A DNA stretch of 64,000 nucleotides from Eledone cirrhosa (taxonomy: Eukaryota). A program made the position numbers and the translations under genes. Under the pieces are notes generated by a model, which saw nothing but the letters and a program-made list of their open reading frames with translations, searched no databases and had not been told where the DNA came from. The DNA lies in NCBI GenBank assembly GCA_964016885.1, contig OZ024742.1:135098001-135162000 (forward strand), written 5' to 3'. Below are positions 41,054-56,728 of the stretch, piece by piece (the first letter of the stretch is position 1; each line of letters begins with the position of its first letter).

Positions 41054-41609
41054 CTATAAACAAAAGTATATCAAATGTTGCAGGCTCCATCGAACCTAGT
41101 CACCAGAACAAGGAAGAAGAACAAGTAGGGGGCACACAATACATGATACCTATAATGTCACAAAAAATACATCATAAAAAATTACGTCAAAATGTTATCA
41201 CATAAATGGTGCAATAGATCATAAGGAGGTTGAGAACGGAGAGCAAGAAATGAATGAGGGTTTTACTCAGTTGATATTGAATTCTGGCCATCCCAGGAGG
41301 GGTTATATGTGAATGTGAAAGGATTACAACCTCCAGATTCAGTGATCTACACGAAAACCACGTGGTGGACATGTAAACAACATTGTTGTCATCGGTAGTT
41401 CTAGCCGTGAGTTTACTTTATCTTCTGCAGTACTTGAACACACCAGAAATTTACACTTTTTCTAATAACTCGCCTATTAACCTAACCATAACTGATTTTC
41501 CATAAATGCACATTAATATATAAATTTTAATATATATACATGTGCGTATATATATATATATGTGTGTATGTGTGTGTGTGCATGTGTGTGTGTGTGTGTG
41601 TGTGTGAGT

Positions 41610-41675
<66 letters not shown>

Positions 41676-41684
41676 ATATTTATA

Positions 41685-41783
<99 letters not shown>

Positions 41784-42505
41784 AGTGACACTCTCTATAT
41801 ATATACGTGTGTGTATGTATGTGTGCATCCCACATACATTCATAAATACGTGAAGCCAATTGTCCAAGAATTGATGATGCAACCAAATTTGCCATACAAC
41901 ATCTTCCTCATTTCCCGCGCACCCCAACTAACAATTCTCAGTACTTAAATGTTACTGTCTCTCCAATTACGGCACATTGTCTTCTCAGAAGTCAAGAGTG
42001 GCCTATGAAAGGAATATTAGACCGCAGCCTGAGGTTAGGGAAAGCGTCGGGCAACGTATGGAAATTTACGTACGGTGTGAATGCTTTTTAACTTTCGCTT
42101 TCTATCTTCAGGCTGAACTCACATTCAAAAGAGACATAGAATAATAGGAAGTAGTGTAAAACATGGCCTGAAAGCATTTATAACTAAAATAGTGATTTAC
42201 AGTAAAGGCCATATTATAATAACCAACTACAATGATAGCAACCACTATAGTGTTTGCAAGCCAAAGCAACAACAATCAACGGCGTCAACAACAAAACAAC
42301 AACCAATAAAATGATGACAACATCACCAGCAAAAACAGAAAGAACACCAATCCGGTCTCTACATGTATTGTTTATAGACAGTGTCCGTATATAAATATAA
42401 ATCCATTTAACGGTGTTGTATAGTTGTTACCTATGTAGCTATTTCTGCAATATTTTAACACTCTTTCTCACTTACTCCCCCTCAATCACTCTCTCTCACA
42501 CACAC

Positions 42506-42583
<78 letters not shown>

Positions 42584-42873
42584 TATAACTCTCTCTCTCT
42601 CTTGATTTCATTTCTTTCTTCTGCTATATACAAAAGATCTCACATCCACATGTGTATGCACACACCCACTTCAATATATATGTGTGTGTATGTGTGTGTG
42701 TGTGTATGTTTGTGTGTGTATGTGTGTGTGTGTGTGTGTGTATGTATGTGTGTGTGTATGTGTGTGTGTGTCTGTCTCCGTCTGTGTCTGTTAGTCTGCT
42801 TGTCTGTCAGTCTACATGTATACGTATATATATATATATATATACATATATGTGTGTGTGTGTGTGTATGTGT

Positions 42874-42915
<42 letters not shown>

Positions 42916-43227
42916 ACGATAGAGAGAGAGAGATAGAATATGTACTCCTTCATTTTCGTAGCTCTTAGTATGTATCATATTATTTTTTGTATATTTGTCT
43001 ATCTATCTAACTGCCCTGTCTATATATAAAGGTCAGTTGAAACCCTATGTCAGGCTGCACAAAGGATTCCCATGTAACCCTTTCATCGTTTGACAAGTCG
43101 TTACGAATTCAAGCGTACTGCAGGTGAAATAATTACGTATTCAGTTCACTTCCTGACTATTCCGCCAATCAGCCCCACTACTATGTTATATACAGTTTAC
43201 ATTGTTCTTTAAACACACATACATAAA

Positions 43228-43287
<60 letters not shown>

Positions 43288-43289
43288 CA

Positions 43290-43560
<271 letters not shown>

Positions 43561-43563
43561 ACA

Positions 43564-43624
<61 letters not shown>

Positions 43625-43983
43625 TTCTACTTTTGAAAACCCTCCATATCAATTCTACTTTTGAAACGCGTATATATATATATATATATATATATATGGA
43701 AACAATTTAACTTCTTTCATCGAAAAAAATATACGTTTTCCCTTACATATGTTTCTATTAATACGCGTGTTTATGTTTGCTCTGCCTGTATAATCATAAC
43801 TACTCTTGCTCGCTAATATCTTTTCTTCTTCAAACATATATATTATAAACCCATTGAGCTATTCCGTTTCTTTAAAAACTGGCAATTACATACAATCATT
43901 TAAATTCTCTACTTTCATTTGAGAATTGTTTGTATAGTTCTATATCTTCATGATATATACACACACACACACACACACACATA

Positions 43984-44042
<59 letters not shown>

Positions 44043-44045
<3 letters not shown>

Positions 44046-44480
44046 TCTCTATGTTAATAAATGGAAACTATATTTATAAAACCTTAATTATTTATTATAT
44101 ATATTTCAAGGGCGACCAAGCCAATATTGGTGCGCTTTCATCAGATAAAATACAAAATGTGTTTTATAAATAGTGACATAACCATGGAAAACAACCTTGA
44201 GGGTTAAAAATTCACTATACAGCGAATTTTCAACCGTTAAGGTTGTTTTCCATGGTTATGTCACCATTTATAAAACAAATTTTGTATATCATCTGATGAA
44301 AACGAACCAGGTTGGCTTGGCCGCCCTTGAAATATATATAATAAAATAATTATGGGTTTATAAATATAGTTTCCATTTATTAATATATTGAATATTTACT
44401 CCTGTAATATGTTGAGTGCTCTATATCAGTTAAAAACGTTACGTTTGTTGGAATCCCACAAAGTAAATATAACTTCTACA
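44043..44480 (+). mobile_element. Fold-back element, family E, with a hammerhead in each arm
   Basis: Arms about 44055-44215 and 44222-44382. Minus 44091-44149: TTTAT-CTGATGA-AAG..ACCAA..TTGGT..CTT-GAAA-TATATA-TA-ATAAA. Plus core at 44293-44340. Confidence 0.82.
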
Positions 44481-44502
44481 CATATATATATAGAGAGAGA
44501 AT

Positions 44503-44593
44503 CTGTCGAAACGGCTTGAGCTCTGTCGTCGGGGTCATACGTTTTGCTATATATATATATATATATATATATATAGCAAAAAGTATGACCCCG
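44503..44593. mobile_element. Convergent family A fragments around (TA)n
   Basis: GAAACGGCTTGAGCTCTGTCGTCGGGGTCATAC..(TA)n..GTATGACCCCGA. Confidence 0.65.
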
Positions 44594-44615
44594 AGAAAAG
44601 AAGCTTACAACATCA

Positions 44616-44674
<59 letters not shown>

Positions 44675-44682
44675 TATATAAA

Positions 44683-44759
44683 TAATTGTTTCTACTTTCT
44701 ACTTTATTTTATCGACCCTGTAAGGATGAAAGGCAAAGTTAACCTTGGCGGGATTTGAA
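44683..44759 (-). mobile_element. Partial SINE
   Basis: Reverse complement of the B box, body and tail, with an internal deletion. Confidence 0.8.
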
Positions 44760-44894
44760 TATATATAAATAATGAAGTTGTAAGCATCTTTTCTTTTCAG
44801 GAAGTCTTTATTGACCAACGTCATGGCCACTCTAAGAGATCCTTGAAATAGTTGTCCTAGACTAGCATGTGAAATCTTTTTTTTTTCCAGGTCG

Positions 44895-45932
44895 ATGGTT
44901 CGGGCTCGATATGAAATAAAGTTTTGTTTTAATCTCGGCAGAAACGCTGCAGTGCATAAAATTATGACGTTTCCAAAGCTGCTGACTAACTTCCATAAAA
45001 CATGTGACTGTTTTCTGCTGGAATAAAAAGTACTAAGAGGGAAGATTGAAGGTGAAGGACGGCAGGGAGGGATATCAAGACGCCAAAGCATATCTTGTGA
45101 CGATTGCTAAACAATTTGAAGTGGCTGAATACATTGGGCACAAAGCCATTCATGACGCTCTGAACATGCGCAAAGATTGTGGAAATTTGTCCTCAGTGTG
45201 CTCAATGAATATCAAAGAAAGTCTCGTTGATGAAAGCAGGGAGATGTTCGAGTGGATAGCTTCGTATCTATGTGTCCTTGAGTCTCTGGTATCCTGTGAC
45301 GAGAGCTGAGTATAATATTATGATCCAGAGGCCAACAGACAGAATGCCCAGTGGAAACATTCTGGCTCACCAAGAGCCAAGATGGCCAAGCAAAGCAGAT
45401 TCACTGAGAAGCTAATTATGGTTTCATTTTTCGACAATAATTGCATAATCTTCATTCATTCTTTTTATCACCGTCTGACAGTCAACAAAAAAGTACTATG
45501 TTGAGTGTTTGAGGCAGTTCAGAAAATATTTCATCGCAAGAGACCGAAACATCTCAAGCCTGGTCAGTGCCACCTGCACCAAAAGAAGGCCTCCTTCCAC
45601 AAATCCATCCAGGTGACTAACTACTTGACCGATACGAGGATCAAGACTGTCCCTCATCCTCCCTACAATCCAGCCTTAAAACCATGCAACTTCTCGATTT
45701 TCCAGAAGCTCAGACCTATCTGCTTTGAAAATGGGAGCAGAAGAATGAGGCTGAGAAAAGCGTCCTGGACACCTTTATTTGCAGGGGCCGTCTAGAAGAG
45801 GATGGAGCGCTACAACAAATGCATTGGATTTAGGGGAATCCTTCTTTGACTGAGACTAGAGCTTTATGTTGATCTGACTTAAATCAATGTCTCTCTGGTA
45901 AAAGTCTCAAAACTCTTTAGTGTAGCTCGTAT
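44895..45932 (+). mobile_element. Decayed mariner-family transposon
   Basis: RYEIKFCFNLG, CDES*V*YYDPEANRQNAQWKHSGSPRAK..KQ...KL....FFD, PHPPYNPALKPCNF (compare PHPPYSPDLAPCDF). Right end ...CTCG-TA; left TIR not recognised. Confidence 0.85.
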
Positions 45933-46418
45933 ATGGTAAAAACCTCCGTTGGTTACGAATGAGCATAGGATTTATATCTAATACGATATCCCCCGAGGCC
46001 CAATTCCGAACAAGATTTTTTTGTGGAACACCAGATATCGCCCATGCATATACCTCTCCCCTTTCCAAGCTACCGATGTTTCCCTGGGGAAAGGGAGTAG
46101 TGATGTTGCAACTTATTTTACAGCTAAGTAAAATGTCTTCCTCAAAGGCAGAACGCATCACCCCGACCTAGAATCGAAAACACCACCTCATTATTGCAAG
46201 CCCATTAAGTCAGTCACGTTCACACACACATACAAACACATAGACACATACAAAAACACATATATGTATAGATATTCAATACAATATTGTAAAATTATAA
46301 TATTATAAAATTAAATTGTTTAAAACTACAATTCAAGTCATTATTTTCCTATTTTTAAATATATCTAACTGTACCAAGGATTTCACACATTTTCCAACAC
46401 ACACAGACACACACACAA

Positions 46419-46459
<41 letters not shown>

Positions 46460-46628
46460 GTTCAAGCAGATAACAAACAGAGGTAAAGAAGAGAGGGAGA
46501 GAGTTAGTTCCACAATAAATTAGTAAGCCATATTCATGGAAGCGCGTTTCACCTGGCGGAATTTATACCAGAGTCTATGTGTATATATATATCTCTCTAT
46601 CTATCTAAGGCGGGTAAAATTTCCGAAA

Positions 46629-46845
46629 TCAATGGACGAGTTCTCTCCAGCGGTCTCTGTCCCTTATTATCGCTGCCATGTCCTGCGTCTCCAACATACC
46701 AGTGTCTGTCCTTAGGGCATCAACATACTGTAACCTTAGTCTTCCACTTCTAATGTGTCCATCTAAGGGCTCCCACAGGAGCATTGAGTGCAATGTCAAC
46801 TCTGGATGTCGGTGAGCATGTCCAGCTAACCTCAGTTTCCTCTGT
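46629..46845 (-). mobile_element. 3' end of an RTE-clade LINE ORF
   Basis: Manual translation QRKLRLAGHAHRHPELTLHSMLLWEPLDGHIRSGRLRLQYVDALRTDTGMLETQDMAAIIRDRDRWRELVH*. Confidence 0.8.
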
Positions 46846-46863
46846 CAACTATATATATATATA

Positions 46864-47095
46864 TAGTTGACGGCTAAGAGAAAAGAATACTCAATGCTGA
46901 ATTAGAGTTCAAATATTCATTTTATTAATGCTAAATAGTGAGTATTGTTACTCTGGAGTTCCATCTCGTTATCACTGTGTCATCAATCAAGACTATTTCT
47001 GTGATAAACATACGAAACTCCAAAGTAACAGTTATTACCCTTAATAAAAAGAATATATATTGAAGACTACAATATAGTGTTGATACTTTCTCTCT
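46864..47095. repeat. Old fold-back pLTR-like element with hammerhead remnants
   Basis: Imperfect arms about 46912-46975 and 47001-47056. GAAACTCCAAAGTA on +; TTGATGA...GGAACTCCAGAGTA on -. Confidence 0.5.
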
Positions 47096-50000
47096 CTTTT
47101 TTTTCTCTATACAATTGATTGTTTCTCGGAAATGAGAAGCATGGGCTCGGCCAGGTATTAATTGCCTAACATGAGCATGTGTGTATATGTTTATGTGTGT
47201 GTGATTTTATGAAATGATGCTTGTCTTATTGTAGCTAACATTCTTGGATGATCTAAAACCTACTTCTTAATGTTGGGAATCTAAAACAAGCGAGGTTGTA
47301 TGCACTTTGCATCTATACAAAGTGAGATATCAATTCGATTTTGAACTCTTGACATTGGGTGTCTAATACAATATCCACTCGCTCGGCTATTCGATGCTCT
47401 TGTAAGACATACGTCTAATGATTTGACCAGCTGCGACCTTTTTTGTTGCACACTAACGCATCATATTGCCGCGGGGTTCTTGAACAGTATATTGTAGGAA
47501 CCAGTCCTGATCTTTCTAGACTTGATGGATTGGAGTTGATAGCAGTATTTTCATCAAAGTGAGATAGCTCTAAGTTATGCTTAATTAAGAAACCATTATT
47601 ATTTTATATCACTCCTGTCTACGCAATTAGTTAGGGTAATAAATAAGTAAAATAAATAAATAAATGAATAAATAAAATGTAATTAGTTTTCACTACAGAC
47701 AGCCGTTAGCTAGCTTATTCTATTATTAAGGTCTTTCTTTGGTATAGACTTATATCTAATATTGCTTCTCTCGTTGTTGATGCATTTGTTCTGGTTATAT
47801 GTGCTCAACGTCGTGGTGTCTGGGGTGTGATGGTGGTAGTAGTGGTGGTGGTGTAAATATATATATCAGTATTCATGTATGTGTGTGCATATTAGCATAC
47901 AAGTGTGTGCATATGTGGCTGCGTGTGAGTGCATGTTTGTGTGCGTGTTTATATGTGTATTTCACCAGGGTTTATTAACGAATGTATATAATGTTTTTAT
48001 GTGTGAGCTTTAAATGTTTAAGTCTGAGCGCGTGTAAATGAATTATAGTGACACTTGATGTGATTTGTGATCAAATCTGATGTCGTTTTATTTCATATTT
48101 CAATATTTAAAAAAATATAATACTTAAAATGGGAAGTCTGAAGTGGATTAAAACAAAAACCATGGTAGGAAATAAATCCAAAGATTCAATATTTGGGGAA
48201 GAGCTGCTGCTAGTTTCCACTAATATTAAAAACTACTATAAGATCACAACTAAAAGGAAAAACTGAATCCCTAATAAACGTCACACGGAACCAATGACTC
48301 CTAACTAGATATCACTAGAGATATATTCTGACGTATACAATCATGCCGATCTGCCACATGTGTGAAAGCTTTCGTGACATCATAGGCCAGAATACATCAG
48401 AAAACAGGACAGGATGGTTACATATTGTTTCTTTATGGAAGAGGGTACTCTTCAGAACCGATTCAACACTTCGAGTCTACTGGGATGGACGAGATATCTT
48501 CAACTCAGCCAACTTGCGATTGATTCTTCTATATGCAACTAAGTGCTAGAATTAAGTTTTATACCCAAGTAAATTTACGACATAAAAAGCTGTAACAATT
48601 CTCATCGTCTACAGAGACATGTACCTTATATATAAACTTCGAAAAAAATTAAATGAAAAGTAAACCCCGCATATATGGTAAACGAGAGTTAAACCAATTA
48701 ATGCACTCAATTAATGTTTTGGGTTTTCTTTAAAGCTATTTCCCAAGTGTGTCTGATTCTGGGAATATCAAATACTGTATCGTAACACCTGTCTAAGTTT
48801 TCCACATTATATATTTTCCTTAAGATAAACTCTGTTAGTTAAGTATCTGCTATGGTTTTGCGCCAACCTTATGAGTGGAACTGAATAAATAAAAGCTTTG
48901 ACGAATCCGGTGTGATGGAAAAGTAGAGAATGTGTATGTGAAAGAGAAAAGAGGGAAAGTTTAAATAAAAGAATGAATTATTTAGAGTGATAGATTTCCG
49001 TGTTACAGAAAGGGGGAGAAAAAATAGAAAGAAGAATGTCTGGGAGAGATAGAGTGAGAATGAAAGCATGCATGAACTATTATAGAGAAAATGACAAGGG
49101 TGGATGTGCTTGTTAAATAGTAAAGAATATCTTGGATAAGAGAGATGGAGAGAGAGAAAGAGAAGAGAGCAGAACCAAATTCAGACTGACAGAGAGAGAG
49201 AGAGGGAAATATATAAATATAAAGAGAATGAAATATCATGTGAGATCTGGAAAGAAGATAATATTATTGTGTAGGAATGAATGAGATAGAGAGTGTGTGT
49301 GAAATACTAAAAGAAATAGTTACATACATATATTGATAGAGAGCCGAAGCTCACTGCCGGACTAAGGAGAGATGGATGAGAGGATATGTGAGATATTGAA
49401 AGTCAGAGAAAGAGTAGGACTGTGGTATACTGGGAGAGTGGGAATAAGGGAGGGTGGAAGAGAGACGATGAAAGAAGAACTCGTTTGAGAAAGAGGTGGG
49501 GCTAGATTGTGTGAAATAATGAAACGAAATAGAGCAAGAAATGGAGAACTAGAGATATAAAGAAGGGAGTCACGTAAGAGAGGGAGATGGATATAAAGAT
49601 ATTTCGGTTAGCAAAGTATGGTAGATAATCATAATCTTGTTTACTTTAATAAAGGATGACCAGATAATTAGGTCTACTCATCGTGGTATGAGAATGGCAG
49701 GGTTTGTGGTATGGTGGTATTGATGGTGTGGTCCTGGTGATAGCGACATTGTTGTTGCTGTAATTATATGCGCTGTTATTGGTGGTAGTGGTGGTTATGA
49801 TGCTATTGGTGGTAGAGGTAGTGGTAGTAGAGGTATTGCAGGTGGTTGTGTTGTTGATTCTAGAGTTGGTGCTGGTGGGTTTGTTGGTATCATTAGTTTG
49901 GGTAACGATGCTGGTCGTGGTGTGTGTGGCGGCGGTATTGGTGGTGGTGCAAGATGTGTTGGTAATTACAGAAGTGATGGCAATAGATGTGGTTGCGATG

Positions 50001-51619
50001 TCACTATTAGGGGTAATGATAGTCGTGGAAATGTTGTGGTGATAATTATGATAGTTGTTGTTCTTCTGGTTGTTGTTCTTGGTGGTGGTTGTGGTGGTAA
50101 TACTGATGATGTTGGCTGCAGTAAGGTTGATAATCCTTGTAGTGCTGCTTGGCTTTGTTGGGATGGTCATATTAGAAGCATTATTGATAGAGGCTGTGAT
50201 AATGGTAGTGGCAGTGGTTGTAGTTGTGTTTGTAGAGCTGGTATTAATAATAGTGACAAGGAAGATGATTATGTTGGTGGTTGTGTGCAGATAGTTTTGT
50301 CATATGGGTGTTAATGATTGTGTTAATGAAACCAAGGAGTCGGAAGAAGGTGTCCATCTCTGGGCATAAGCGCATGGACACCGAAAATCCGTAAAGAAAG
50401 CATGATTGATTCTACCAAGACATACCCGATTGCTAGTGATGGCTGTAATTAGTAATACCATAATGGCGGATCAGTTCTGATAGTGTTTCTAATAGGCGGC
50501 GTTGGTAGTGACATTAGCTGTGTAGTTGTTGTAGTAGTAGTAGAAGTGGTGTGGTGCTGGTGGTTGGTTTGGTGTTTGTAAGTAATGGTATTAGAAGTAT
50601 GGAAACATTGATGCAAGTGAAAGTGGGGTTCATAGCACTAAGACTGATCAGATATTTTGTTGTTGTTGTCGTCGTCGTGGGGTAGTGCATGTGATGGTGG
50701 TGGGGTTGATGTTGATGGGGAAACAAAATTATCAATTTATCTTCATGTATTTATTTATCGGATAGTACAGTGTGTATATGCATGCGCTCGTATGTGTGTA
50801 TTCGTATATAGAGGCGTGTGTGAGTGTGTCTGCAAGTGCATATGCATGTGTATGTGTGTGTAATAACAAAAAGTGGAAAGACAATTTACTGGCGTTTTAG
50901 TGGGAACTGGGAGGGGGATGTGTTAAGGAAGGGAAGGGAGATGGATTTGAGTTAGATATGCTTTATTAACAAACGTTTCCATTAGATGGGTAAATGTATA
51001 GGTGGGTAGTTAGACTGTCGTATAAGGGTGGCAGTAATGAATTAAGAGAATGTTTGGGAATGAGTGGGAAGGGATCTGTGTCCGTGTGTCCTACTACTCT
51101 TACTTCCTTACCACTACCTCCATTCTGACAGCTTATTAACAAGGTGCTAATTGCAATGGTGGTGGTGGCAGATATATTTTTTAGTAGTGGGTTTAGTGGT
51201 GGTAATGATGGTGGTGGGAGTATCGTTTAAGTTTTCATGTTGTTGGTGGTGGTGATGTTGGTAATTTGGGAGATGATGGTGATGTTGGTGTTGGGATTGG
51301 TGACGCTTGTGTTGATGTTGTGATTATTGGTTTTCTATACCGAATACACTTTGACGTACGACAATCCGGGCATAACCATCCCGTATTTCCCCAATGTATA
51401 TGAGAAAGATGATGGTTGATGAATCTAATGTGCAGGGGGTGCATGTTAATGAAAGAGATATAAAAACAGAAGCAAAGACACATTCAAAGAGAGAGAAAGG
51501 GAAAGAGAGACAGAGTACGTATCAGCAAAACTTACACGGGTAAATACACACACACACACACACACACAGATATATATATAAGTGTATATATATATATATA
51601 TATATAAGTGTATATATAA

Positions 51620-51780
<161 letters not shown>

Positions 51781-51821
51781 TATATATATATAGATAGATA
51801 TATATTAAGCAGGCTTCAACT

Positions 51822-51875
51822 CCCCTGACGAGGTTGGAATTCTATATGAAGCGAAACATGCACCCAGTGTCGATG
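51822..51875 (+). ncRNA. Degenerate hammerhead-like motif
   Basis: CTGACGA at 51825-31, GAAA-CA..TG-TC at 51853-71. Stems I and II are eroded. Next to (TA)n. Confidence 0.45.
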
Positions 51876-53302
51876 TATTTTACTGTAAATTTTATTTCAT
51901 GTTAATCATATACAATGTGTTGTTTGTACAGTGCAATTAAATGCGTCACTGCACATATATCTAAAAAGCAGTATCTGAAATATTTGATTTCTTTACACTA
52001 TCCAATACATGTATGTAGAACATATGTATCAGATAAAAGAGATGTCCAATAAACGGAGTGTAACGTCAGAATGAAAATTATTTGAAACCTTAATGAAAAT
52101 ATATTCAAAGTCATTGAGTCATTTGCTTAGGTTATCTTTTCTGTGATCTTATATGTATGAAGAGGATGAAATAATTAATGTAGGGAACATGAAAATATGT
52201 AATGACAATTACATTAGTAAGTAAAACAACCATATCATGAATGTTAACAGTAGTAACGTTTCAAATCAAGCTAGACAACTTTCTTAGCTTATTTCACTCT
52301 CTTGCTCTTCCTTATCTCTGGAAGAAATGGGATGTAGTGGGATGGCCACTGCCACATATGTTAAGGGAACCGTGATCGGACACCTACAGTGTAAATTTGC
52401 ACAGGACCTTTATTGAGCTTGTTCGTTGGTATGTTTCAGGCTTATAAGCGAATATATATATGTGTGTGTGGGGGAGGGGTATGTGTGCGTGTATGTGTGT
52501 GTGTGTGTGTGTATGCGCGTGTTGTGTGCGAGCGTGTGCGTGTGTGTATACATATATAAAATGAAGATTCATATATTTTATCTCTACGATTAGCTTTTAA
52601 TTCCATCAGCATCTATTAGCAGGACATCACAATATTTTCATAATTTATATATTTCATAAAAAATGCGTGTTTGGGGAAAAGACGAGGGAAAGATCATAAA
52701 ATGAGAAAATAAATGAAAGAGACAGTGGGAGAATGGAAGAGTATAGAAAATTGAATGGTAGATTATATGCGTTAATGAATCTTAAATCATAACATGTATA
52801 TAAATAGAGAGATTGTGGAGAGAAAATAGGGAATCATAGACAGACAGAGGGGGAGAGAAATACTATGGAGATAATGTGAAAGAATACCAAAGAGGGAGAA
52901 TGGAGGAGAGAAACCAAGACAGAGAGACAGGGGTGAAAATAAAATAGAGATATTTTTAGAAAAGAGAGAAAGGAACATAGAGTGAGAATGGAACAAAACA
53001 GGGAAAGAGAGAATGAAAATATAGAGAATGAGAGACTTAAGATATTAGAAGAGAAGAGTTCGAGGAAATGTCGTTATTGTACTTAACAAGTCCACTTCTT
53101 CAAACCGCAAGTGAAGATTGTGTTTTAACAATACTTTCATTAAGAACTCCCATTCAATTATCATCGCAGTCTTTATTCACAGTGGGAAGGGGGAGAAACA
53201 TAGAGAGAGAGAGAGAGAGAGGGGGAAGGGGTGGCTAGCTTTTATAAGGGATCCATTCCTTCCAACGATACTTCTCTCTCTGTCACACACACACACGCAC
53301 AC

Positions 53303-53385
<83 letters not shown>

Positions 53386-53495
53386 TATATATATATATAT
53401 ATATAAACATATATATATAGTAATAATAATAAATTTGAAGACTATTTACATGTATGTAAATATGTATATATGTATATTCAAGTAGAACGTAACCT

Positions 53496-53570
<75 letters not shown>

Positions 53571-53974
53571 GATGCGGCAATTAGAACACATTTTTGGTTA
53601 TTTTAAAGTCATATTCGTTACATTATTTTGTTTACTTTTTGGTGCATTTGCGAACGTGAACATATGTGTGCGAATGTATATGATACTGTATGTGTTTTGT
53701 GTGTGTATATACATGTGTGTGTGTTTCATTGCCTAATTTGTCTTGGAGGAAATAATGAATAAAAAATAAATAAATAATAATAAAATGGCGATAATGAAAA
53801 ACAAAAGATAAAAAAAAATAAATAAACGAAAATTCAATAAAACAGCAAAATTATGAGAGAAAAAATGCAATAACAAAATTAAATAAATTAATAAAATAAC
53901 GATATACTGGAAGAAATAGCTAAAATTATAACGATGTTAACGACAACAACAAAAACAAGAACCACAGTAACAAT

Positions 53975-54014
<40 letters not shown>

Positions 54015-54022
54015 GCTACTAC

Positions 54023-54097
<75 letters not shown>

Positions 54098-54209
54098 ACG
54101 GACAACAACAAAATAATTACAGCAACAACAGATATTACTACTGCTCTTAGATGAGCAACATTTTCAATAACTACCACCACCACTACCACCACCACTACCA
54201 CTACTACTA

Positions 54210-54255
<46 letters not shown>

Positions 54256-54257
54256 CA

Positions 54258-54340
<83 letters not shown>
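53975..54340 (+). repeat. (TAC/CAC)n trinucleotide arrays
   Basis: Direct reading; explains the poly-T/Y/V ORFs. Confidence 0.95.
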
Positions 54341-56520
54341 GATGACGATAATGATGACTCTAGGACAAAAAAAGCAACTTCACTAAACGACACCGACACA
54401 AAAAGAATACAAAACATCAGAGATACCACTACAAATATTAAAAAATAAAACATTACAGGATAAGGTGAAAAAAGTCCTTAACAATAATCAAAGATATTCC
54501 TTATTTTTAAAGAAGAGTAGGAACCCACCATAATACGGAACGGGGGTCTTGTAGAATCAGTAGAACGTCAGACAAATTACCTTGCACTGCATAGGTGCAG
54601 TCTCTTGCGTAATGAAATTGAATTCTATCGAGGTTAATTTTATTTACCTTCTTTCGCGGTGAATAATGTACCATTGCTGTTATATTTTCAATGTAATATG
54701 GACTAATTTCCATCCCCAAGTTTCTGGCCTTGAGCTTTTTATTACTGCTGGATTTGCAGAATCATTATATCGATGGACAAAAGACCTACTCTACTATTAT
54801 CATTTTCTTCATGCTGTATATATTTGGGGGCTATAATGATTTGGTTGCGGAATTGTCCATGTCTTTTTTAAATCATTCCTAAGGTATTAAATGTTATAGT
54901 GACTAATGTTCTTTTCAGTGCATACAACTCTCCAAATTTCTAGGTTTAGTTTCTCTATTTTGTTTCGATATACATTATCGGTTACTATTTCTATGAGAAT
55001 TCACGTATGTTACTGATAATACGATAATATATGACATCTATATCTCTGTTAATTAATCTTCATCTCAATGTCTATGTTGTTAGGATAACTTTATAATATA
55101 TCACGCTGATATGCTCTGAACATTTATCTGATCTACTTTTAAAGGACTTTCGCTGGCACTTGAATGAATTTATATTTCGGCGGTTGTGCGGTGGGAAAAG
55201 CGACAGGACACGATTATCTGTATTACAAAACTTACTTTCGTATGCCATAATTTGCGCGCTAATATTTTAGCAAATGTGTATTGTAATTCCCAGTAGATTG
55301 GGAACATTTCTATTTCTGGTCCTAAATCCAAGGTCATATGTCATAATAGCCAATATCGGGACTATAAATCTGATCAACACAGTTAAATATTTTAGCAAAT
55401 GTGTTCACCAAGAGGTTGGCGCTTGCTGTTAGTGTTTTATTCAGAGGTATACACACTTGTGGAAGCCCATGGAGATCTAACCACAGACTCAAAGTCATAC
55501 GCTATACCATAGAGTGGCAAGGCATTAGAACTTGCTCTCAGTACGACTTTGATTAACTTAGTTCATTCGAAGACGTAGAACCATTCAACTTGGATATGGT
55601 TAGATGCAGCGTTATTGGACTGACTTAGACATTATTATATTTCTACTTGACGATATTGTCATATCCCAGAAAAGGATTTAACATATTGATATTTTGAAGA
55701 AGTTAGTTTTCGCTTCTCAGGTTTTCTACATACTCTCATGCCTACTACAAGTAGTCATAGAATTCTAGGCCTAATTATTCGAAGCCAACGCATGAGGTTG
55801 ATCCATTTCTAGAGATTACTTAGCGAACATGATATTGATCAACGTAGGTTGAAATTTTGTGCAAAATGATTTTAATAGGGGCAACGCTTTGACCCATTTT
55901 CAATCTTGGGTCAACGACGATTGATCGCAGGCTCTATATAACTGTAATGTTGCCATATTCTCAAAAAACTCACCCAGTTGATCAATGATTTATGTGGATA
56001 GTCACCACGTGAATTACATAGATATTTATTGAATAATATGAGCATTAGTGCCCCGAAAGTTATTTCAGGAGACGAGAAGGACGGGTGGAGTAATCTAATC
56101 AAATGAAATTTCAATGGGTATTATGCATATATATCCAATATTTTTTCTCCTTGGCATTGCTAAAAGGAAAAGCATTGTGTTCAGCATAACACTACGTGTT
56201 AGAGCAAGCAGCCAGTTGCAGAATATTTCAGTATTGTACGATGGGAGAAGACATCATCCTTCTGTGTCGACTCGTCGCTGATTTTTGGGGTTATATCGAA
56301 CAACTGCTATCACGTGCGGGAAGGTTCTGGCTGTTAGCAATGTATATCGTAAATTTACAGCCATCCCTTAATATGTCAAAGAAGAGCGGGTAGAATACCA
56401 CTGCTTGGTGTTATAATGAAGAAAGTACTATGGTCATGACATTTGAATAATGTGATACAGATCAGCAACTCAATTTTATATCGTAGAATACTGGATGGGA
56501 TTATTGTTATTATCGTCGTC

Positions 56521-56611
56521 CTCTTCTTCTTCTTCTTCTTCTTCTTCTTCTTCTTCTTCTTCTTCTTCTTCTTCTTCTTCTTCTTCTTCTTCTTCTTCTT
56601 CTTCTTCTTCT
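56521..56611 (+). repeat. (TTC)n microsatellite
   Basis: Direct reading. Confidence 0.95.
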
Positions 56612-56728
56612 TGCTATTGTAAGTAGTACACGCAAGAATAAAATTCCTAGTTACCATCTCACGATGTTCTGCTTATTTGAACTAGCATGGAAACTGTTAC
56701 TGTTAGTATGGCTATTCATTATTTTGTT

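Noticed and set aside
49646-50735. Mucin-like Thr/Val-rich ORFs
   Set aside because: Decayed (GGT/GTT/GAT)n low-complexity DNA, open in several frames, with no splice or domain evidence.
55590-55780. YLDDIVI/IEFLG-like traces of an LTR-retrotransposon RT
   Set aside because: Too short and frameshifted to call without a profile search.
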